A program made the position numbers and the translations under genes. Of a stretch of DNA of 64,000 nt, positions 59,461 through 64,000 are shown piece by piece. The notes under the pieces were generated by a model. That model searched no databases, was not told the DNA's origin, and worked only from the letters and a program-made list of their open reading frames with translations. The DNA is from Neophaeotheca triangularis. Lineage: Eukaryota. Every line of letters begins with the position of its first letter. The first letter of the stretch is position 1. The DNA is taken from positions 558,001 through 622,000 of the forward strand of contig BAAIJX010000008.1 in the NCBI GenBank assembly GCA_054600435.1. The letters are read 5' to 3'.

Positions 59461-60717
59461 ATGTCTCAAGGCGAACGACTGTATGAGTGCATTGTACTGG
59501 GCGCCACAGGCTACACCGGCAAATACACAGCCGAACACATCACCACCCACCTCCCCACCGATTTCAAATGGGCCATAGCCGGCCGCTCAGAATCCAAACT
59601 GCAGACTCTCGCCAACGATCTCAAACACCTAAGCCACAACCGTCAGCCCCCTAGCATTGAAGTCTGTCAACTCGACAAGGCCGAGCTCCTCGCCCTTGCC
59701 AAGAAAACCAAAGTCCTCCTCACGACAATCGGTCCCTACCACCTCCATGGCACCCCTGTCCTGGCCGCCTGCGCGGAAACCGGAACCCACTACGTCGATG
59801 TCACCGGCGAAGTTCCCTGGCACTACGAAATGGTGCAAAAATACGACGCCGTAGCCAAATCTACCAACGCAATCATTATCCCGCAAAACGGCATCGAGTC
59901 CGCCCCCGCCGACCTGCTAGCCTGGGCAATGGTACAACGCATCCGCAGCGACCTCGAAACCGGCACAGGCGACTGCATCGTCTCTCTTCACGACATGAAA
60001 GCCGCGCCCAGCGGCGGCACGCTCGCCACCGTCCTCACCCTCTTCGACACCTACAGCCTCGCCGACTTCAGAAGAACACAGGACCCTTACTGCCTCAGCC
60101 CCATCACCCCACAGTCCACAAATCCCTCGTCGCCAGTCTCCTGGACCGAACGCCTAACGGGTGTCCGCTCTGTCCCCGACCTAGGAACCCTCACCGACAG
60201 CCTCTCCCGCCCGGCCGACGTCCCCATCATCAACCGCTCTTGGGCGCTCATCCAAAAAGGCACCTACTACGGCCCCTCCTTCCGCTTCCAAGCCTACGGC
60301 CGCGCCCGCAACTTCCTCCAAGGCTTTCTCACTCATCTAGCCCTAGCCCTCGGCGTCTTCGCACTTATCCTCCCACCGGTACGCTGGCTACTCCTCCGCT
60401 TCGTCACGCAAGCGGGCGACGGCCCCACCCGCGAATCCGTGAAATCCGATTTTGCAGAGTGGCGCGCCATCGCGCAGCCGGATACGAATCCCGCTGATAC
60501 GACGCTGCCGCGCGCGCACGGTAGGATGTATTGGGGTGGCGGGTTGTACCATTTGACGGGCGTGTGTTTGGCGGAGAGTGCGCTGGTGCTTGCGAGGGAG
60601 AAGACGTGGGCGCATGAGTTGGGAGGCGGATTGATGACGCCGGCGTGCCTGGGGGAGCCGTATGTGGAGCGTTTGAAGGAGGCGGGGCTGAAGTTGGAGA
60701 CGAGGATGAGGGGGTGA
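59461..60717 (+). CDS. Saccharopine dehydrogenase-like oxidoreductase (SCCPDH-like)
   Basis: IVLGATGYTGK, AIAGRS, GPY, HYVDVTGE, SGGT and GGLMTPA. Confidence 0.88.
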   Translation: MSQGERLYECIVLGATGYTGKYTAEHITTHLPTDFKWAIAGRSESKLQTLANDLKHLSHNRQPPSIEVCQLDKAELLALAKKTKVLLTTIGPYHLHGTPVLAACAETGTHYVDVTGEVPWHYEMVQKYDAVAKSTNAIIIPQNGIESAPADLLAWAMVQRIRSDLETGTGDCIVSLHDMKAAPSGGTLATVLTLFDTYSLADFRRTQDPYCLSPITPQSTNPSSPVSWTERLTGVRSVPDLGTLTDSLSRPADVPIINRSWALIQKGTYYGPSFRFQAYGRARNFLQGFLTHLALALGVFALILPPVRWLLLRFVTQAGDGPTRESVKSDFAEWRAIAQPDTNPADTTLPRAHGRMYWGGGLYHLTGVCLAESALVLAREKTWAHELGGGLMTPACLGEPYVERLKEAGLKLETRMRG

Positions 60718-61190
60718 GGTGGGTGAAGTATCTTTTCGGGGGAACGCTTGGATAAGGTTTCCAAAGTAACTTAAGGCCTTGAATTGGAAGCTTAGCTAAG
60801 CGCCCAACTATTCTACAGTGACCGTTGCAAGAACGATAGGGGGTATCTTGTCTCTCGCTACATCCCGCTCTTGCCAAAAAAACGCTCCCATGTAAACGCC
60901 TCGCTAATACATTCGTGTCCTGCTCGTATGTTGTAATCATCGGCTGCTCCGCCCTCCATTCCTCGATTCAAATAAGCCGCTGTTCAGGCGTAAGGGTTTC
61001 CAAAAGGCAGTGGCAGGATGGGAGCTTTCTGCCGCGGCCTTGTAAACACGGTCTGCGAAGTGGCCACCGAGTCCGACGTCATGATACTGCATGGTTGCAC
61101 AGACATTGGAGCCAATTCGCAGGGTGCCATCCCTCCTTCCACTACCATATCGACACGGTTAGTAATAGGTTACGACTGGTTCGAGTGATA

Positions 61191-62544
61191 TCACGCAGCA
61201 CCAGAAGCGGCGCTGGCTTTCCTGCTCGGGGCCGGAGCCATCATGCTGCGAGCGCCGGGGACCACACTACCTCTGCGAGCGTGGACGACGCCTTCGTTAT
61301 CGACAGTCGGGCCAGTGGGCGCGGAACCAGGCGTCTGAACGGTCTGGCTACCAAAGAAGCCTCCGCCCGCACTAGCTGTGGTGGTTCCGCCTCCAGCACC
61401 ACCACCTCCTCCACCTCCTCCAGATGTCCCCGTGTTGCCATTCGCAGCCAAGCCGAACAAGTTCCCGTGTCGTCCGTTTAAAGCGCCGGCTAGCATGCTC
61501 TTGAAGCGTACACGCTCGGTTTTGAGCTTCATGGGGACCTTGGGCGCCTTCCACAATGGCGCTCCGCCCCAGTTCTTTTTTATAGCTGCCATGACCGCAT
61601 CTTTCTCTTCCTCGCTGTCCACGGGCCCGGTGTCCACGTTATCATCGTCCGGGTTCGGCGCGTTGGCGTCGAAAGCCGCTTTCTGCCTCTCAGCTTGATT
61701 TTTCCGCTGGTACTCCATGAGCAGCTTGTCGTAAGGAGCACTGCGGCCGGGAACAGCGCGCTTCGCTCCCATGCTGTGGGACTTGCACGTGAGACTGCGT
61801 GCGCATTGGCCGCCCTGAGGTAGCTCGACACCGCATTGCTTCTCGACGTCGACGGGGGCTTTGGGGCGCGAGACTTTGGTCTTGTCGTCCTTTTTCTTCT
61901 TCTTCTTGACTGGTCCGTCGCCCTCGACATCTTCGGCTCTGCGCTTCTTGCTGCTGGTCTTGGAAGCCGTCTTGCTGGTCTCGCCCTCTTCCTCTTCGTC
62001 GCTGTCGCCCGCGACGCCCTTCTCTTTGCGCGCTGCCGCGTCGCGGGCGTCCTTGGCTTCCTTTTTCTTACGCTGTTTCTCCTGCTTCTTATTAAGGCAG
62101 CCTTCGATGTGCTTGGGCATGACATGCTTGCTGACGGCGCGCTTGCAGTGGTTGCATTTCAGGATCTCGGGCTTGTCGGACATGGGCCGGTTGGTGGGAA
62201 AGGCTTTAGCGATATTGGAAGGGATTTTATTGACTAGAGATGTGGTGCGAGCGGTTTTTGGGACCTTGTTGCCAGTGACTTCCGAGTCCCAGTTGCCGGG
62301 GTTCTTTACTTTGGGAAGGCTCTTGAGGACATCCTCCTTGAGCGCGATTGGACCGTCGCGCAGGTCGTCGAATACGCCTGATATTTCATCGCTACCTCGT
62401 TTCGTCCCAGCGACGGGGGCGGGTGCTGCGAGCGGGAGGGTCAGTAGGGTCTCTTGAGGTAGCCTGGGGTGTGCTTCTGTGGGCTGGGTCCCATTGACGA
62501 GGGGTTGCAGGCTTACTCTTGCGACTGGTGCCGTTTGGCGCCAT
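61191..62544 (-). CDS. SGF73: SAGA deubiquitination module subunit Sgf73 (ataxin-7 family)
   Basis: CNHC...HIEGC zinc finger; SCA7 domain QCGV...CARSLTCKSHSMGAKRAVPGRS; intron 62426-62516 restores the N-terminus. Confidence 0.93.
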
Positions 62545-62603
62545 GTTGCTGTTGTTTCTATGTCTTCACACGCAGTTGATATACAAATTAGGGAGAGAGT
62601 GAC

Positions 62604-62619
62604 AGAGAGAGAGAGAGAG
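62604..62619. repeat. (AG)n microsatellite upstream of SGF73
   Basis: agagagagagagagag visible. Confidence 0.8.
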
Positions 62620-62894
62620 TGTCACAACGCGACAGCACTCGGGCATGTGAAGGTGTCGGGTCGACGTGGGCAGCTGCTTAAGTCCACGCTTAATCCCGCG
62701 CTAGGACTTAACATCGTCCTTTCCTATTCGGGCAATCTTCGCCTGAGGCATCTTTCACTTCACCATCTGCCTTCGCCAAGAGAAGCACAACGTCCCATTC
62801 ACATGATCTCAATAAGAAGAGCACAAACTTGCAAGTCACCCGCCGACAATGCCTGGATAAAGGCTTTCCAGGAGTTCATGGATCCGCCGACAGT

Positions 62895-64000
62895 ATGCCT
62901 CTCCTGACTTCTAGCACCGAAGATCGCAACGCCATCTTTCAACACCTGAAGCCACCGTGCGTGGGTCTCAGCCAGGCAGCCTTGTCCTTGAGCAGCCACA
63001 GACCGAATATTTTGAGCGTGACGGGGCGCCTCGAAGGTCTTCTCGACACTTTAGAAGTTTTAACGAAAGATCGAAACAGCTTGGACCTCAAACTCGCCGA
63101 TTATGCCTTCTTTCCTCTTTCGCAGGTTCTCAAAAACAGCCAGAAACTGTCGATACGGCCATTGGAGCTGACGCTACAATGCCTGTCTATCTTGATCCAG
63201 TATGGCTGGGGCTCGAATATCCAACACCAGCTGGCTGGTCAGCTTCTCATCCTGTGCACTCTTATGGCCGACAAAAAACCCCAAGGACTAGGTTTCCAAC
63301 GCTCCTCCGATGAACTTCAACTAGCTGCGGTCAACTGTTTACGCCATCTTTTTGAACATCTCGTAGGCACCTCGGAAGGTCGACAGGTCTTCATTGGAGA
63401 TGCGAGCGTACCTCAACTGGGGCAGACTCTTACGGTTATCCTGGAAACAATCGAACAAGGGCCATCTGCTGAGCTGCAACGTTCCGCTTCGACGGCACTT
63501 GCCGGACTATTTAATTGCATCGATGATCGCGAGTTACTCGCAACGTTTCTTCCCGGCATAGTCTCAAAACTTACATCCGTTCTCAAGCCTCAGACAAAGC
63601 AAAGACGAAATCACGAGGTTCTGGTTGACTGCTTAAACACCCTAAAATCCCTCCTTGGATCGCTGCTCAACGATGATGCTACGGCGTCTGTGCGAGCCAA
63701 GGGCCCCATCGTCGAACACTTTCGAACGGCAACTTCTAAACGCTCTGTGATCGATGTTACATGGCTAGAGACTGCAGCCACGAAGCTCAAGCCTGCTCTG
63801 GCTAACGCAATGCACTTGAAGGACCACTCACGCAATGATGTGAGGCAAAGCTTGGGCGAAATGTGTCTTGTACTGCTCTCAGAATGTATAGCTACGCTAG
63901 CCAACGTCTCTACTATGGCTGCTGAGGTCTTGATCATTCTTGTATCAGAAGCCGAAGAGACGTCTTTGAAGGACAAGATCGTCGCGCTTGCTCAAACGAA
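62895..64000 (+). CDS. TTI1: TEL2-interacting protein 1-like HEAT protein (5' part; runs off window)
   Basis: Open frame to window end: FQHLKPPCVGLS, LADYAFFPLSQVL and FLPGIVSKL. Confidence 0.8.
   Translation, partial: MPLLTSSTEDRNAIFQHLKPPCVGLSQAALSLSSHRPNILSVTGRLEGLLDTLEVLTKDRNSLDLKLADYAFFPLSQVLKNSQKLSIRPLELTLQCLSILIQYGWGSNIQHQLAGQLLILCTLMADKKPQGLGFQRSSDELQLAAVNCLRHLFEHLVGTSEGRQVFIGDASVPQLGQTLTVILETIEQGPSAELQRSASTALAGLFNCIDDRELLATFLPGIVSKLTSVLKPQTKQRRNHEVLVDCLNTLKSLLGSLLNDDATASVRAKGPIVEHFRTATSKRSVIDVTWLETAATKLKPALANAMHLKDHSRNDVRQSLGEMCLVLLSECIATLANVSTMAAEVLIILVSEAEETSLKDKIVALAQT

Overview
Gene-dense eukaryotic DNA from a filamentous ascomycete (short GT-AG introns with CTRAC branch sites; Pezizomycotina, probably Dothideomycetes, inferred from gene and intron style). 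About 31 protein-coding genes can be built by hand, mostly housekeeping: PGS1, NDUFA12, SDR, Spo12, CBF5, NIPA Mg transporter, Na+/H+ antiporter, subtilisin, Ecl1-like, NiCoT permease, CEM1, PDS5, CEG1, DUF2855, Pol X, MED22, epoxide hydrolase, pinin, MTG1, eIF5, THI6, GH47, D-amino acid oxidase, RING-PHD protein, RPL43, SCCPDH-like, SGF73 and TTI1. There is also an intron-containing tRNA-Lys(CTT), a frameshifted NmrA pseudogene and a gene relic. No transposon, CRISPR array or biosynthetic cluster is evident. The strongest candidate for an undescribed system is a 293-nt intron in the RING-PHD gene. It holds a putative 83-nt frameshifting cassette exon whose two splice sites both lie inside a long predicted RNA hairpin. 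Other leads are an in-frame CEM1-nickel permease junction with a plausible 63-nt intron across the stop codon, and poor-context uORFs in the eIF5 leader. All family calls come from motif recognition, not database searches.
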